A program made the position numbers and the translations under genes. The notes below the pieces were generated by a model, which searched no databases, was not told the DNA's origin, and saw nothing but the letters and a program-made list of their open reading frames with translations. DNA of 62,089 bases, counting the filler. It is 5 parts of 5 records of this genome, joined end to end, with 100 filler letters (N's around TTAATTAATTAA, not from the genome) between each part and the next. Parts side by side here need not be neighbours in the genome. Positions count along the whole stretch, not along the records: positions 1 to 13,049 come from SRR20825010_2101; positions 13,150 to 40,853 come from SRR20825010_2102; 3 more parts are not named here. The stretch is one strand, 5' to 3'. Of the stretch, positions 8,966 to 19,900 are shown in pieces (position 1 is the stretch's first letter; each line of letters starts with the position of its first letter).

Positions 8966-9118
8966 GTGAAAAGTTGAAAGTTTAAAGTTGAAACGCGATT
9001 ACTGCTCTCTCGGATAAGAACGCAAAGAGGCCGCGTCCAAGCCATGGACGCGGCCTCTAAAGTTGCAGACAGTTAAAGTATTTACTCGCGTTTGAACTTT
9101 TAACTTTTCACTTTCAAC
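8966..9118. repeat. Inverted pair of heptamer (TNNAAAG) arrays spanning the intergenic region
   Basis: 8966-8998 versus the reverse complement of 9086-9118 match at 27/33 nt. Confidence 0.85.
9026..9058. terminator. Probable bidirectional terminator hairpin
   Basis: Perfect 14-bp stem AGAGGCCGCGTCCA/TGGACGCGGCCTCT between convergent genes. Confidence 0.7.
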
Positions 9119-9120
9119 TG

Positions 9121-9489
9121 CTACTTAATCAACCGAATCGTCAACGGATAACGATAGTACTCTCCACCATTGGCCTTTACGGCAGCCACGATGGTCATCA
9201 CCAGCCAGAAGATACCAATAATCGGCAGCAGGATGGCGCCAATAACCACGAAGGTGAGCAGGAAGGCGACAAAACCTGCGATGGAAATAGTGATATTGAA
9301 ATTCAACGCTTCCTTGCCCTGATCATCCACAAAGGCACTATCGTCTTTTTTAACCAGCCAGATCACCAGTGGCCCCAGAATATTGCCGAACGGAAATACC
9401 ATACCGACAAAGGCCAGCAGGTGGCATGCCAGACCCAGGCTCCGCTCTTCCTGCTTCGCCAGACCATTACTGTTATTTTCTTCGCTCAT
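9121..9489 (-). CDS. DUF4870 domain membrane protein
   Basis: CHLLAF...GPLVIWLVKKD...VDDQGKEALNFNIT...GEYYRYP. Confidence 0.88.
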   Translation of the reverse strand: MSEENNSNGLAKQEERSLGLACHLLAFVGMVFPFGNILGPLVIWLVKKDDSAFVDDQGKEALNFNITISIAGFVAFLLTFVVIGAILLPIIGIFWLVMTIVAAVKANGGEYYRYPLTIRLIK

Positions 9490-9532
9490 TCAAAGGCTCC
9501 TTGTTGAAAAATAAAACCCGCCACCACTCTTG

Positions 9533-10357
9533 CTACTGACGAATGGTGCGACGGTTGGGGAGGGGTTGTTCGCTGTTGGAGCGGAACGGGTTGATATCAA
9601 TGCCGCCCCGGCGAGTAAACCGGCCGTACACAGTCAGGTGACGAGGCGAACACTGGGCCATCAGGTCCACGAAGATCTGTTCGATAATCTGTTCGTGAAA
9701 CCCCTGGTGATTACGCAGCGACACCACATAACGCAAGAAACTGGCCGGGCTGATGGCACGGCCGGTATAGCGGATTACCACGGTAGCCCAGTCAGGCTGA
9801 TCGGTAACCGGGCAGTGGCTACGCAGCAGGTGGGAATAGAGCTGCCCGGTTTGCTCGGAACCCTGATCGCAAAGCAGCAGGTCCGGACGATATTCATAAT
9901 GCTCGAAGGACAAGTCGATATTGTCCACACAGTCACCACGGTCTTCCCAGACAGGGAAACCGGCAGACTCTTGCAACGAATACAACAGCACCTCGATATT
10001 GCCACCCACGGTGTGAGCCACATCTTTCTCGATGGCTGCACGCACTGCATCGCGGCTTTCAAAGCGGGTATTGGCAAACGAGTTCAGATACAGCTTGAGC
10101 GATTTGGACTCAACAATATTGGGGGTGGTGCAGGGAACACGCAGCTCGCACATGGCCACCAGGGGCTTGCCCTTGTCATTGAGCCAGGACAATTCATACG
10201 CATTCCAGATATCGGTCCCGTGGAAAGGCAGCGTGGTGTCTTCCAGTTCCAGGGATTCGCGGGCATCCCAGCGCGGCACCGGACACAACAGCGAAGGCAT
10301 GTATTCGTCAACATACTCGCTGGAGCGACCCAGCGGCGTTTCCTTCAGATAGCTCAT
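9533..10357 (-). CDS. queF: NADPH-dependent 7-cyano-7-deazaguanine reductase (bimodular type)
   Basis: [25 protein letters not shown] and RRGGIDINP; start chosen after the GAGG SD. Confidence 0.95.
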   Translation of the reverse strand: MSYLKETPLGRSSEYVDEYMPSLLCPVPRWDARESLELEDTTLPFHGTDIWNAYELSWLNDKGKPLVAMCELRVPCTTPNIVESKSLKLYLNSFANTRFESRDAVRAAIEKDVAHTVGGNIEVLLYSLQESAGFPVWEDRGDCVDNIDLSFEHYEYRPDLLLCDQGSEQTGQLYSHLLRSHCPVTDQPDWATVVIRYTGRAISPASFLRYVVSLRNHQGFHEQIIEQIFVDLMAQCSPRHLTVYGRFTRRGGIDINPFRSNSEQPLPNRRTIRQ

Positions 10358-10418
10358 TTTAACCTCTTGGCACACCCGTCCATGGGACTTTAATCATAGC
10401 CGTATTTAGCCGGATTCG

Positions 10419-11192
10419 TTAGTGCCGAATACCGGTACCACGATGCAGCAACCACAGCGCGAATAAATAGAAGGCGATCACAAACGCCAGAATGACGCCC
10501 AGCGAGGCATAAACATTCACGTCACTCACGCCCAGCACCCCGTAGCGGAAGGCGTTCACCATATACACGATGGGGTTGGCCAGGCTCACGGTGCGCCAGA
10601 ACTCCGGCAGTAGATCAATGGAATAAAACACCCCGCCCAGATACGTCAGCGGCGTCAGAATAAACGTGGGCACGATGGCGATATCATCAAATTTGGTGGC
10701 GAAGGTGGCATTAATGAAACCGCCCAATGCAAACAACGCTGCGGTGAGCACCACCACCGTGATGGTGATAAAGACATGCTGCATGGACAGGTGCGTAAAG
10801 AACAGGCTGAGCAGGCTGACAATCAACCCCACCAGCATGCCACGCACCATACCGCCCACCACATAGCCATTGAGAATCACATGGGACGGCATCGGCGAGA
10901 CCAGCATTTCCTCAATGGAGTGCTGGAATTTGGTGGAAAAGAACGAGCTCACCACGTTGCCGTAACTATTCTGGATGACACTCATCATGATCAGCCCGGG
11001 CACGATGTACTGCATGTAATCGAACCCGCCCATCTCTCCGATACGGCTGCCAATGAGATTGCCGAAAATCACGAAATACAACGTCATGGTGATTGCCGGT
11101 GGCAGCAGTGTCTGCGGCCAGATACGGGTGAAACGGCGAATTTCCTTGGTCACCAGGGTCAGAAACGCGACCCATTGCTCGCGTGCACTCAT
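10419..11192 (-). CDS. yadH: ABC-2 transporter permease (YadH-like)
   Basis: KEIRRFTRIWPQTLLPP, YMQYIVPGLIMM and LTYLGGVFYSI. Confidence 0.9.
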   Translation of the reverse strand: MSAREQWVAFLTLVTKEIRRFTRIWPQTLLPPAITMTLYFVIFGNLIGSRIGEMGGFDYMQYIVPGLIMMSVIQNSYGNVVSSFFSTKFQHSIEEMLVSPMPSHVILNGYVVGGMVRGMLVGLIVSLLSLFFTHLSMQHVFITITVVVLTAALFALGGFINATFATKFDDIAIVPTFILTPLTYLGGVFYSIDLLPEFWRTVSLANPIVYMVNAFRYGVLGVSDVNVYASLGVILAFVIAFYLFALWLLHRGTGIRH

Positions 11193-12121
11193 GATGCTTG
11201 CTCTCCTGGCAGATTCTGCTCGACCAACCGCACAAACAATTCCTCCAGCCGGTTTGCCTTGTTACGCATGCTCATGACCTCAAAATTGAGTCGGGCCAGT
11301 TCCACAAACAGGGTGTTGAGGCTTTCGCTTTTCGGCACCGCCACTTCCAGGGTCTTGGCATCGCGCAGCCACACCTCAAAACCTTCCAGCTGCGGAGCCT
11401 CGGTCACCGGCCGGGCCAGGTCCAGAACAAAGGTCTCCACCTGCAACTGTTCCAGCAGGGATTTCATATCGGTATTTTCCGCGATGATGCCGTGGTCAAT
11501 AATGGCGATATGCCGACACAGCGACTCCGCTTCTTCCAGATAGTGCGTGGTCAGAATGATGGTTTTACCCTGCTCGTTCAGGCTGGTGAGAAAATCCCAC
11601 ATGGAGCGGCGCAGCTCGATGTCCACCCCGGCGGTTGGCTCGTCCAGAATAAGCAGCTCCGGCTCATGGACCAGGGCTCGGGCGATCATCAATCGGCGCT
11701 TCATACCACCAGAAAGTGTCCGCGACTGCTTGTCACGTTTGTCCCACAGCCCCAGCTGACGCAGGTATTTTTCCGCCCGTTCCCGGGCCAGCGGCGCAGG
11801 AATACCGTAGAACCCGGCTTGAGTCACCACAATATCGAACACTTTCTCGAACTGGTTGAAATTGAACTCCTGGGGCACCACACCGATCTGCTTCTTGGCC
11901 AGCGACCGCTGTGTATCCAGGGAGTAACCGAAGATACTGACGTCCCCGCCGGTTTTGTTGACCAGCGAGCTAATCACACCAATGGTGGTGGATTTGCCAG
12001 CGCCGTTGGGGCCGAGCAAGGCAAAAAAGTCACCCTTCTTTACCTCCAGATCAATACCTTTGAGCGCTTGCACGCCATTGGCATAGGTTTTGGTTAAATT
12101 GCGAATTGTCAGCGCGGACAA
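11189..12121 (-). CDS. yadG: ABC transporter ATP-binding protein (YadG-like)
   Basis: [16 protein letters not shown] and [13 protein letters not shown] start. Confidence 0.92.
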   Translation of the reverse strand: MSALTIRNLTKTYANGVQALKGIDLEVKKGDFFALLGPNGAGKSTTIGVISSLVNKTGGDVSIFGYSLDTQRSLAKKQIGVVPQEFNFNQFEKVFDIVVTQAGFYGIPAPLARERAEKYLRQLGLWDKRDKQSRTLSGGMKRRLMIARALVHEPELLILDEPTAGVDIELRRSMWDFLTSLNEQGKTIILTTHYLEEAESLCRHIAIIDHGIIAENTDMKSLLEQLQVETFVLDLARPVTEAPQLEGFEVWLRDAKTLEVAVPKSESLNTLFVELARLNFEVMSMRNKANRLEELFVRLVEQNLPGEQAS

Positions 12122-12184
12122 GGCACACCTCGTCTGAAGTCGGTAAACGGAGAAAAACGGCTATCAGGGCACAGAAACGCCCAA

Positions 12185-12856
12185 CTAATCGCCCAAAGCA
12201 CGGTGGCCGTGATCGCCACGCCATACCCAGTGAAGCTGACCGCCACTGAACCAAAGCCACAGCCCTTCCATCATCCAGGGCCAGTCATCCTCGGTAATAC
12301 GGCGGTGGCCATGGAGTTCGGCCACCAGTACGGCAAGAATGGTGTCGTGTGTCACATGCACATTCAGGTGACCCGGTGCCGGTTCACGCTCACTCAGGTA
12401 ACGCGCGAGTTTTGCGCGGCCTTCCGCCGGCGACAGCATGCCCTCGAAAGGTTGCTGCAGGTGCTGATTCAGGAATTTGAACGCGCCCATTTTCAGAAAC
12501 GTGGGGCCGACCTGGTTCAGGTCTTCCACGTAACAACCGGGCTCTACCAGGGTGGTGTCAGTGGTGATTTCGGGAATCGTTTCCAGCAGGCCGGCCTTGC
12601 GGGCGCCTTCGGCCATGGCCTTGGCTGTATTCACGCAGCGACCCACCGGGCTGGAGAAAAACGCATCCACTGGGCGCGCCAGCTGGCTCCCCCACTCCCG
12701 GGCCATATCGATGCCTTCCGGCGTCAGGGGCAGGCGATAATCCGCAAAACCGTTCTTGGCCAGTTCACGCACAGAATGCCGCGTCAGCAGATGAACGGGT
12801 TTATCCTGCGGCAACAGGTTGAGGGCTTCCAGCAATCGCGGGTGTAGGCGCGCCAT
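12185..12856 (-). CDS. Histidine phosphatase family protein
   Basis: RHS, LTPEG, SSPVGRCVNT and VTHD motifs. Confidence 0.85.
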   Translation of the reverse strand: MARLHPRLLEALNLLPQDKPVHLLTRHSVRELAKNGFADYRLPLTPEGIDMAREWGSQLARPVDAFFSSPVGRCVNTAKAMAEGARKAGLLETIPEITTDTTLVEPGCYVEDLNQVGPTFLKMGAFKFLNQHLQQPFEGMLSPAEGRAKLARYLSEREPAPGHLNVHVTHDTILAVLVAELHGHRRITEDDWPWMMEGLWLWFSGGQLHWVWRGDHGHRALGD

Positions 12857-12985
12857 AATCTCTTCACTTAGGGTCAGGCCTTAGTGTACGGAGCACCGAA
12901 GCGAAAGCAAACCATGGGAAGGGGGATTAGTGTGGGTCGCGTGTATGCATGTTGCATGAAGCGCGATGCAGCCGCAGAGCGGCAC

Positions 12986-13014
12986 AAAAAAAAGGGACCC
13001 GATTGGGTCCCTTT
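12986..13014 (-). terminator. Rho-independent terminator after tRNA-Gly
   Basis: A8-GGGACCC-GATT-GGGTCCC (U-tract on the minus strand). Confidence 0.85.
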
Positions 13015-13020
13015 CTTGTT

Positions 13021-13049
13021 TGGAGCGGGAAACGAGATTCGAACTCGCG
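13021..13049 (-). tRNA. tRNA-Gly, 3' part only (truncated at contig end; anticodon not visible)
   Basis: Minus strand CGCGAGTTCGAATCTCGTTTCCCGCTCCA matches the T-arm and acceptor of gammaproteobacterial tRNA-Gly. Confidence 0.85.
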
Positions 13050-13149
13050 NNNNNNNNNNNNNNNNNNNNNNNNNNNNNNNNNNNNNNNNNNNNTTAATTA
13101 ATTAANNNNNNNNNNNNNNNNNNNNNNNNNNNNNNNNNNNNNNNNNNNN
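13050..13149. other. Artificial contig spacer
   Basis: N44-TTAATTAATTAA-N44 (stops in all frames). Confidence 0.99.
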
Positions 13150-13208
13150 TATGTTGAAGAAGGCCGTTGGCCATTCAACGAAAAAACGCAACTTCAAAAC
13201 GCGTGAGC
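13150..13208. repeat. Fragment of a Pirellulaceae dispersed intergenic repeat at the contig end
   Basis: GGCCGTTGGCC and CGCAACTTCAAAACGCG motifs recalled from Rhodopirellula intergenic repeats; only one copy visible. Confidence 0.35.
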
Positions 13209-14450
13209 TTAGAAAGCCGCTTTGATTTCTTTTAGCGTCACGCCAAGCAGTTGTTGAGCAAGTGGCTCGAGTTCCGCTTCGGTGCCGTGAATGTGGAACG
13301 TTCTCTGCACGTGTTTCATCGTGCTGCCGGGTTGTAACGCCGCGGCGGGCGAGGATGTTTCTAATTCGTAGAACGGACCCAACGGCGGCTTGTTAGGCTC
13401 GGGCGAACCATCGTTGTAAGAGTTGATGACATCACCGGCGTAAGGTTGGTCTTGCAGTTCCCACATGGAATTGACGTATCCATGCGGCGAGTCTTGAACG
13501 TTGTAGGTGACGATGTTCAGCACTTTTCCTGCGGCATCGTAACTGCCGGCGATTCCTTTGGATCGTTCCGCGGAGATGCCGATTTTTCCTCGGCGAGTTC
13601 CATCGCCGCGGAAGAACAGTTCTTGATATTCCACCCGCAGGTAGTCGGGCGGGACCTCTCCAAAGTACGCGTCGTTGACTTTCGGGCCGAGCGTTTCTTC
13701 ATCGCCAGGGCGAAACGGAATGACGACGGTTGTTTCGGGCGAAGGGTTGAACATGCCAAGGATCCAAATCGAGAGCAAACCGGTATCGCTCTTCCAGGGA
13801 TTCTTGCCGGTGTTGGTGATTCGATTGTCGGTTTCATAACCGACGACCCGCAGGTCCTCACCAAACTCGACCTGCAACTGATCCGCTGCTTCTTCTGGGC
13901 TGAGCAGCTTGATGGTGCGCTCGATCCCGATGTCGAACTTGGTGCCACTGCGATTGGTCAGTTTCGCCGAGTGTTGGAATTTGGCGGAGACGTCTGTTTG
14001 CTCGACCAGTTCGTAGGTCTCAGTGTCGATCGCAGGGGGCGTCGTCCAGTCCGAGAACTCGAATTGGGTGCCTGGTTCAAAAAACAATCCGTATTGTCCG
14101 CCTTCGGGACCGAGCCAGAAACGTTCTTCGCCGCCGAAGATGTAGATGTGTTCTTCGAGTTTGCCCTGTCGTTCGTCTTCGGAAAGGAAGCCTTGTTCGA
14201 TGACCCGGCGATTGATCCATCCAAAGCTTGGGCCGGCTTTGCGATCAAACGTGCTGGTCATCACGCGTGCTTGGTAGGCCGGTGCGACAGCGATCGCCGC
14301 ATCCGCCCGGTGCAGCACAACGACGTCGGTATGATTCTGCATGAACGCCAAGTCTTCGGCGAATCCGTCGACCGCGACGGCTGGGGCGGAATGCAAACTC
14401 ATGACGGTTCCCATCAATCCAGCGAGCACTGTGAAGGTGATTTTCTGCAT
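13209..14450 (-). CDS. DUF6786 family secreted protein
   Basis: Signal peptide from MQKITF (GGAG SD); PAYQARVMTS, SFGWIN, GGEERFWLGPEGGQ and PFYELETSSPA. Confidence 0.75.
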   Translation of the reverse strand: MQKITFTVLAGLMGTVMSLHSAPAVAVDGFAEDLAFMQNHTDVVVLHRADAAIAVAPAYQARVMTSTFDRKAGPSFGWINRRVIEQGFLSEDERQGKLEEHIYIFGGEERFWLGPEGGQYGLFFEPGTQFEFSDWTTPPAIDTETYELVEQTDVSAKFQHSAKLTNRSGTKFDIGIERTIKLLSPEEAADQLQVEFGEDLRVVGYETDNRITNTGKNPWKSDTGLLSIWILGMFNPSPETTVVIPFRPGDEETLGPKVNDAYFGEVPPDYLRVEYQELFFRGDGTRRGKIGISAERSKGIAGSYDAAGKVLNIVTYNVQDSPHGYVNSMWELQDQPYAGDVINSYNDGSPEPNKPPLGPFYELETSSPAAALQPGSTMKHVQRTFHIHGTEAELEPLAQQLLGVTLKEIKAAF

Positions 14451-14451
14451 C

Positions 14452-15465
14452 TCAGTCTTTCTCCGTGACATCGAACCGTTGAATGCAAGGCAGCCGACCG
14501 CTTTGCTTGCGTTGAGGCGTTCCAATTTCGACACCCCACTTCGGGAGTTTGCCTTCACCACTTTGAGTGAATGCCTCTGGCCGAAACGCACCGCCAGCCC
14601 AGGGGCCGTTCTTGACGTTGTGAGTTTTGGTGAAGTGGATTCCGTCTTCCGCATACAGGATTGAATTGGTGATCGCTTTTGGGCCTGTCGTGCCGATCAT
14701 GGCTGCCACGCCTTTGCCTTGAGGCCACACCAAAACCTCGTGGTTGCCTGGGATGACAGGGTTCGACTCATGTCGCACATAGGGGCCCTCTGGTTTGTCA
14801 GCGATCGCCAATCCCATTTGAGTTTGTCCAGGACCTTTGCCCAGTTGGCGGCCTTTGTAGTAGAACCAAATCTTTCCTTCTCGGACGATCAAGCAAGCGT
14901 CGTCGACAAGGTGGCTGTCGAAATCAGCAGCGTTGGGGCTGTTCGAAAGAGCAGGGTTGGGGCTGTTCGAAAGAGCAGGGTTGGTGGCCAGTCGTTCCCA
15001 AGGGCCGTCGGGTGAATCCGAAACCGCGATGCCGATTTTCGAATCGGGTTGAAATCCCTTGCCGTACTTCTTGGACGTCCCCGTGTAAAACAGCCAATAG
15101 CGTCCTTCAGCGACCAGGATATTCGGAGTGAAGACGCTGGCTCCCTCCCAACTGCCGGGTTCGCCTTTGTCCAGTGCCATGCCTTTCTCAGTCCACTGGT
15201 GGCCGTCCTTTGAAGTCGCGTACCAAACGGTGGCATCGTATCCCGGCGAGATCTTTCCTTTCGAATACCACACGTAGTAGAGATCGCCGACTCGAATGAT
15301 GTCGCTGGGGTCTCGACGCATGACGCCGGGTTGGGCACCAATGCCTTTGAGTTCGGAATGCGTGACAACCACGGTGGGTACAGCGACGGCATCGTCCGCG
15401 TAGGTTGGGACCGCCAGCAGCGTGAGGATGGCGAGTGACAGTAATTTTTGCATGTTGTTATTCAC
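14452..15465 (-). CDS. Five-bladed beta-propeller glycoside hydrolase, GH117-like (GH43/GH117 clan)
   Basis: Signal peptide; RRDPSDII, YYVWYS, WYATSKDG, SVFTPNIL, VDDACL and NHEVLVWP; alternative ATG at 15453. Confidence 0.8.
   Translation of the reverse strand: MNNNMQKLLSLAILTLLAVPTYADDAVAVPTVVVTHSELKGIGAQPGVMRRDPSDIIRVGDLYYVWYSKGKISPGYDATVWYATSKDGHQWTEKGMALDKGEPGSWEGASVFTPNILVAEGRYWLFYTGTSKKYGKGFQPDSKIGIAVSDSPDGPWERLATNPALSNSPNPALSNSPNAADFDSHLVDDACLIVREGKIWFYYKGRQLGKGPGQTQMGLAIADKPEGPYVRHESNPVIPGNHEVLVWPQGKGVAAMIGTTGPKAITNSILYAEDGIHFTKTHNVKNGPWAGGAFRPEAFTQSGEGKLPKWGVEIGTPQRKQSGRLPCIQRFDVTEKD
14932..14984 (-). repeat. Perfect 24-bp in-frame tandem duplication (NPALSNSP x2)
   Basis: GTTGGGGCTGTTCGAAAGAGCAGG twice plus GTTGG. 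Confidence 0.95.
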
Positions 15466-15516
15466 GATGGTTTCTTCGAGAGACGTCTTTGGTTTGCGAG
15501 AGCGAGATGGAAAGAG

Positions 15517-16953
15517 TCAACGTTCCTGAGGGTTCGATAAACGGATGGGATATTGGTCCGTTCCGATGGTCTGAACGTCGCCGAGTTCCGTTCGGATGAG
15601 TTTTGCTTGCTCGTTCAAGCGAGCAACAATTTCGGGATGACGATCGGCAATGTTCTTCTTCTCGCCCAGGTCTCGGTCGAGATTGAACAGCCTCATCTCA
15701 TTCAGCGTCACGAAGCCCTTCGTCTTGTCAGGCTTCTTGGACCAAAATGGTTGGTCGTCCGTCGTGCGTGGCAAGTGCAGTTTCCACTTGCCTTCGCGGA
15801 CGGCCTGCAGGTTGGTTCCGTTGTAGTAGTAGAGGAATTGGTGGGGTGATTCGGAGGTCTGGCCAAGGAGCACCGGGAGAATGCTCTTGCCATCGATCTG
15901 GCGATCGTCGGGGATCGGGACTCCAGCGAGTTCACAAAACAGCGGCAGCAAATCCATGCTCGTCAGCGTGACGTCCGAGACTTGGTTGGGGGCGATTTTG
16001 CTTGTCCAGCGGAACATCCCCGGGACGCGGTGCCCGCCTTCCATCGTGCAGTACTTGCCACCGCTCAGTTCGCCGCTGGATCCGTTGCGGGTGGGGCCGT
16101 TGTCCGATGTGAAGATGACGAGCGTGTTTTCATCAAGGCCAGCGTCACGGATTGTTTGCATGATCCGCCCCGTGCTGTGATCGAGTTCTTTGATGAAGTC
16201 GCCGTACTTTCCTTTTTCAGATGTGCCGACAAAGTCTGGGCTGGGTTTGAGCGGATTGTGCACAATGTGGTGCGAGACATAAATGAAAAACGGGTCGTCT
16301 TTCTGACGCTCGATGAAATCGATCACTTCATCGGTGTAGCGTTTTGTCAGCTCCTCACAGGCAACGTTCTTCTGTTCGACTTGTTTTCCTCGATAAAGCG
16401 TGTTGTGATTCTTGCCTCGCCGAGGCTCGTAGTTGCTGGGGATTCCAAGGTATTCATCAAACCCGGCATCGAGAGGATGGGAGCCTTCGAGTTCCATGCC
16501 CAGATGCCACTTGCCGACCATCAAGGAACGGTACCCGGCGGGGCCGAGCAGTTCGGGGATGGTGATTTCGTCCGGGGCGAAACCGTAGTCTTTGTACTTC
16601 GCCACGTTTTCGTTTCGGGCGACCGGCATGCCGCATCGCATCGGGTAGCGGCCCGTTAACAACGCGGCCCGCGAAGGGCTGCAAACATTCGCAGGGACGA
16701 AGAAGTCCTTGCTGCGAAACCCTTCGGCGGCCAATTGATCGAGGTGCGGTGTTTTCACGCCCGATGAATCGTAGCAACTGATGTCACCGTAACCGAGATC
16801 ATCGGCGAAGATGAGGACGAAGTTGGGTGGTCTGTCAGCGGCTGCGATGGAGGAACCAACCTGCCAAGACATGACAAAGGTCATCAGCAGACAGATCAAA
16901 AAACAGCTTTGGCGTCGCTGGTTCGGAACACCGGATCGGACAAAGGTAGGCAT
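15517..16953 (-). CDS. S1 formylglycine-dependent sulfatase
   Basis: ADDLGYGD, CSPSRAALLTGR, GKWHLG and SDNG. Confidence 0.95.
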   Translation of the reverse strand: MPTFVRSGVPNQRRQSCFLICLLMTFVMSWQVGSSIAAADRPPNFVLIFADDLGYGDISCYDSSGVKTPHLDQLAAEGFRSKDFFVPANVCSPSRAALLTGRYPMRCGMPVARNENVAKYKDYGFAPDEITIPELLGPAGYRSLMVGKWHLGMELEGSHPLDAGFDEYLGIPSNYEPRRGKNHNTLYRGKQVEQKNVACEELTKRYTDEVIDFIERQKDDPFFIYVSHHIVHNPLKPSPDFVGTSEKGKYGDFIKELDHSTGRIMQTIRDAGLDENTLVIFTSDNGPTRNGSSGELSGGKYCTMEGGHRVPGMFRWTSKIAPNQVSDVTLTSMDLLPLFCELAGVPIPDDRQIDGKSILPVLLGQTSESPHQFLYYYNGTNLQAVREGKWKLHLPRTTDDQPFWSKKPDKTKGFVTLNEMRLFNLDRDLGEKKNIADRHPEIVARLNEQAKLIRTELGDVQTIGTDQYPIRLSNPQER

Positions 16954-16962
16954 CGTGTGTTC

Positions 16963-19900
16963 TCAGTTTGAAAGTGGCTTTGGGTTGGCATTGAAAGCAG
17001 CGGGCCGACTGTTGCTGGCAATGTCAGCGGCGAAATCTTTCAGTTGGCGTTGCAGTTTCTTGACCACTTCCGGATTCGTTTCGATGACGTTCACCTTTTC
17101 ACCGAGGTCGTTCTCCAGGTCGTAAAGCTGTTTGGCGACACCGTTGTTCACATGAAGTTTCCACTTGCCAGACCTCACCGCTGCCAATTGGTTGCCGCGG
17201 TGATAAAAGAAGGCATCGTGCGGTGTTTGCGTTTCGCCTTTTAGCGTGGGCCAGATGTCTTTGCCGTCGATGACTCGATCGGTTGGGATGGCGGCTCCGG
17301 CGAGCTTCGCGAAGGTGGGGAGCAGATCCATGGCTGTCATGAGTTCGTCGTTTTGGTGTCCCGCGGGAATCTGTCCTGGCCAGCGGACAACGGTGGGTTC
17401 ACGCATGCCGCCTTCGAATGTGGTTCCTTTGTGGCCACGCAGTTCGCCGGGGCTGGCGTAGAGCGTGTTCTTCGGCGGGCCATTGTCGGATGTGAACAAC
17501 ACCATGGTTTTCTCGTCGAGACCATTGGATCGAAGTGCATCGAGGATTTGCCCGACCGACCAATCGATTTCGGCGATTGCTTGACGGAACAGATTCGCAC
17601 GCGTCGCGTAGTCGATGTTCCCGTCTTCTTTCTCAATCGCAGCGATGACGTCATCGGCAACGTCTTCCATGAACGGAGGCGAAGCGTGCAGGGGAGCGTG
17701 GGGGATTGGATGAGGCAAATACAAAAAGAATGGCTGGTCTTTGTTCCTCTCGATGAAAGAGACGGCCTGTTCAGTCAAGCGTTTGGTCAGGAAGTCCGCG
17801 TCGGGATCCATCTCAATCACGGTGTCATTCTGCAAGAGAGGCAGAGGTGGGAAGTGATAATGGTTTTGTCGCGGATGAAACGGATGGATGTCATGGCTGT
17901 AGGGGATGCCAAAGAACTCATCAAAGCCTTGCTTGGTGGGAAGGAACTCCGGTTGGTCGCCGAGGTGCCATTTGCCAAACATGCCGGTTCGATAGCCCGC
18001 TGTTTTCAAGACTTCCGCGATCGTGATTTCATCGGGATGCAAACCTTTTGGATCGCCGGCAAGCAGCACTCCGAAATTGGATCCCATCGCCATGTCGATC
18101 CGCTTTGGATAACAACCCGTCATCAGTCCCGCTCGCGATGGGGTGCAAACGGGCGCGGCCACGTAGAAGCTGGTCAGCCGGGATCCTTCAGCCGCCATCT
18201 GGTCAATTCGAGGCGTGTCGACATGCTTGGCCCCAAAGCAACTGAGGTCACCGTAACCTTGGTCGTCCGTGAGAATGACGATGAAGTTGGGCTTGGTCGT
18301 TTCCGCCGTTTTCTCGCGACCGGCAGGCGATACGGACGCGGTAGGGGATGACGGTTGGTTTGCGGTTCGTGGTTTCTTATTGGGCGACGATTTCTTTGGC
18401 GACTGGCCTTGGGATCCTTGTTTGGGACGATAGGATTCCAACAAGGCTTTCATCTCTTCCACGACTTCGGGGTGTTCGCGATAGACATTGGTGGTCTGCG
18501 CCCGATCGCTTTCCAGATCGTAGAGCTGCGCCGGCGGAGCATTCTTTTTGATGCGACCGTTGACGATGTCACTGTTTTTGTGACCGGAGAACTGAACCGC
18601 GGCGGGGCCTCCCCAGGCATGGTGCTGCGGTTTGGAACCGTTGAATCCGCCGCTGCCACGGGCCCCGATGTACAGCCACTTGCCTTTGCGAATCGCCAAA
18701 TTGCGTGGCTGGCGTGGGGCGAGGACCAACTCCGTCCGCAAAGGTTCGTTCGGGTCGTCTAGCAACGCAGGCAGCATGTTGATGCTGTCTTTCTGCTCGG
18801 ACGATGGCATCTCCTGCTCGGTGAGTGCAGAGAACGTGGCGAACAGGTCGACTTGGCTGATCAATTGATCGGACTGAGTCCCCGCTTTGATTTTGCCAGG
18901 CCATTTGGCGATCAAGGGAACGCGGTGTCCGCCCTCCCACACGCCGAACTTGAACCCAAGCAATTCGCCGTTGGGTTGATGTCCAGCCTTGATCGCATCG
19001 CGTCCTGCTCGGTTGAGCATGGCGCCGTTGTCACTGGTGAAAAGGACAAGCGTGTTGTCCGTCAATCCATTGTCTTCAAGCGACTGCACGATCTCGCCGA
19101 CCATCCAATCCAACTCATGGACGAAATCGCCGTACAGGCCGCACTGGCTTGTCCCCTTGAAACGCGGCGCTGGGGTGAATGGGTGGTGAATGTTGGGAGT
19201 GGCAAAATACAAAAAGAATGGTTCGTCCTTCTTTTCGGTGATCCACTTCACTGCACGCTCTGTCAGAAGCGTTCCCGTTTTCTCGTCGTCGTAGATTTCG
19301 TGTGCTTTGAGAGCACCGCTGAATCGGTTGGGACTTTTGACCGATGCCTCTTCCGGAAACATGGGTGTGGGTGAAACCGGTTTGCCGCCGTACACCAGCG
19401 GATCGTTCGGGTTGTATCCGAAGATGCTGTCATCGTTGACATAGACGTACGGGCTGCCGCTGTTGACCAATGGCACGCCAAAGTAATGGTCAAACCCAAC
19501 GTCTTGTGGTCCCGGCCTCAGCGGGACCTGCCAGTCGCAGGGTTCCTCTTTGAATCCAAGATGCCACTTCCCGAGACAGGCGGTCGCGTAACCTTTGTTC
19601 TTGAAAACCTTTCCGATCGTTTGCGTGTTCGTATCGATGATCAAACCGGAGGTCGTCGGAAGCGGGCCCCAGATTCCCTGGCCGCCCATCGCGCGAACCG
19701 GGTACTGGCCCGTCAGCAACCCATAACGCGAAGGTGTGCAGACGGCGGAGGCGGAGTGGGCGTTGGTGAACCGCCGTCCTTCGGCGGCAAGGCGATCGAT
19801 GTTCGGTGTCGAAAGTTTGGTCGCTCCATAGCAACCCAGGTCTCCGTAGCCGAGGTCGTCCACAAAGATCAGAACCACATTGGGTGGTCGTTCCGCCGCG

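Noticed and set aside
13050..13149. Repeated TTAATTAATTAA within N-runs (four copies) and ORFs ending in XXXLIN
   Set aside because: Artificial contig linkers; genes on either side are not biologically adjacent
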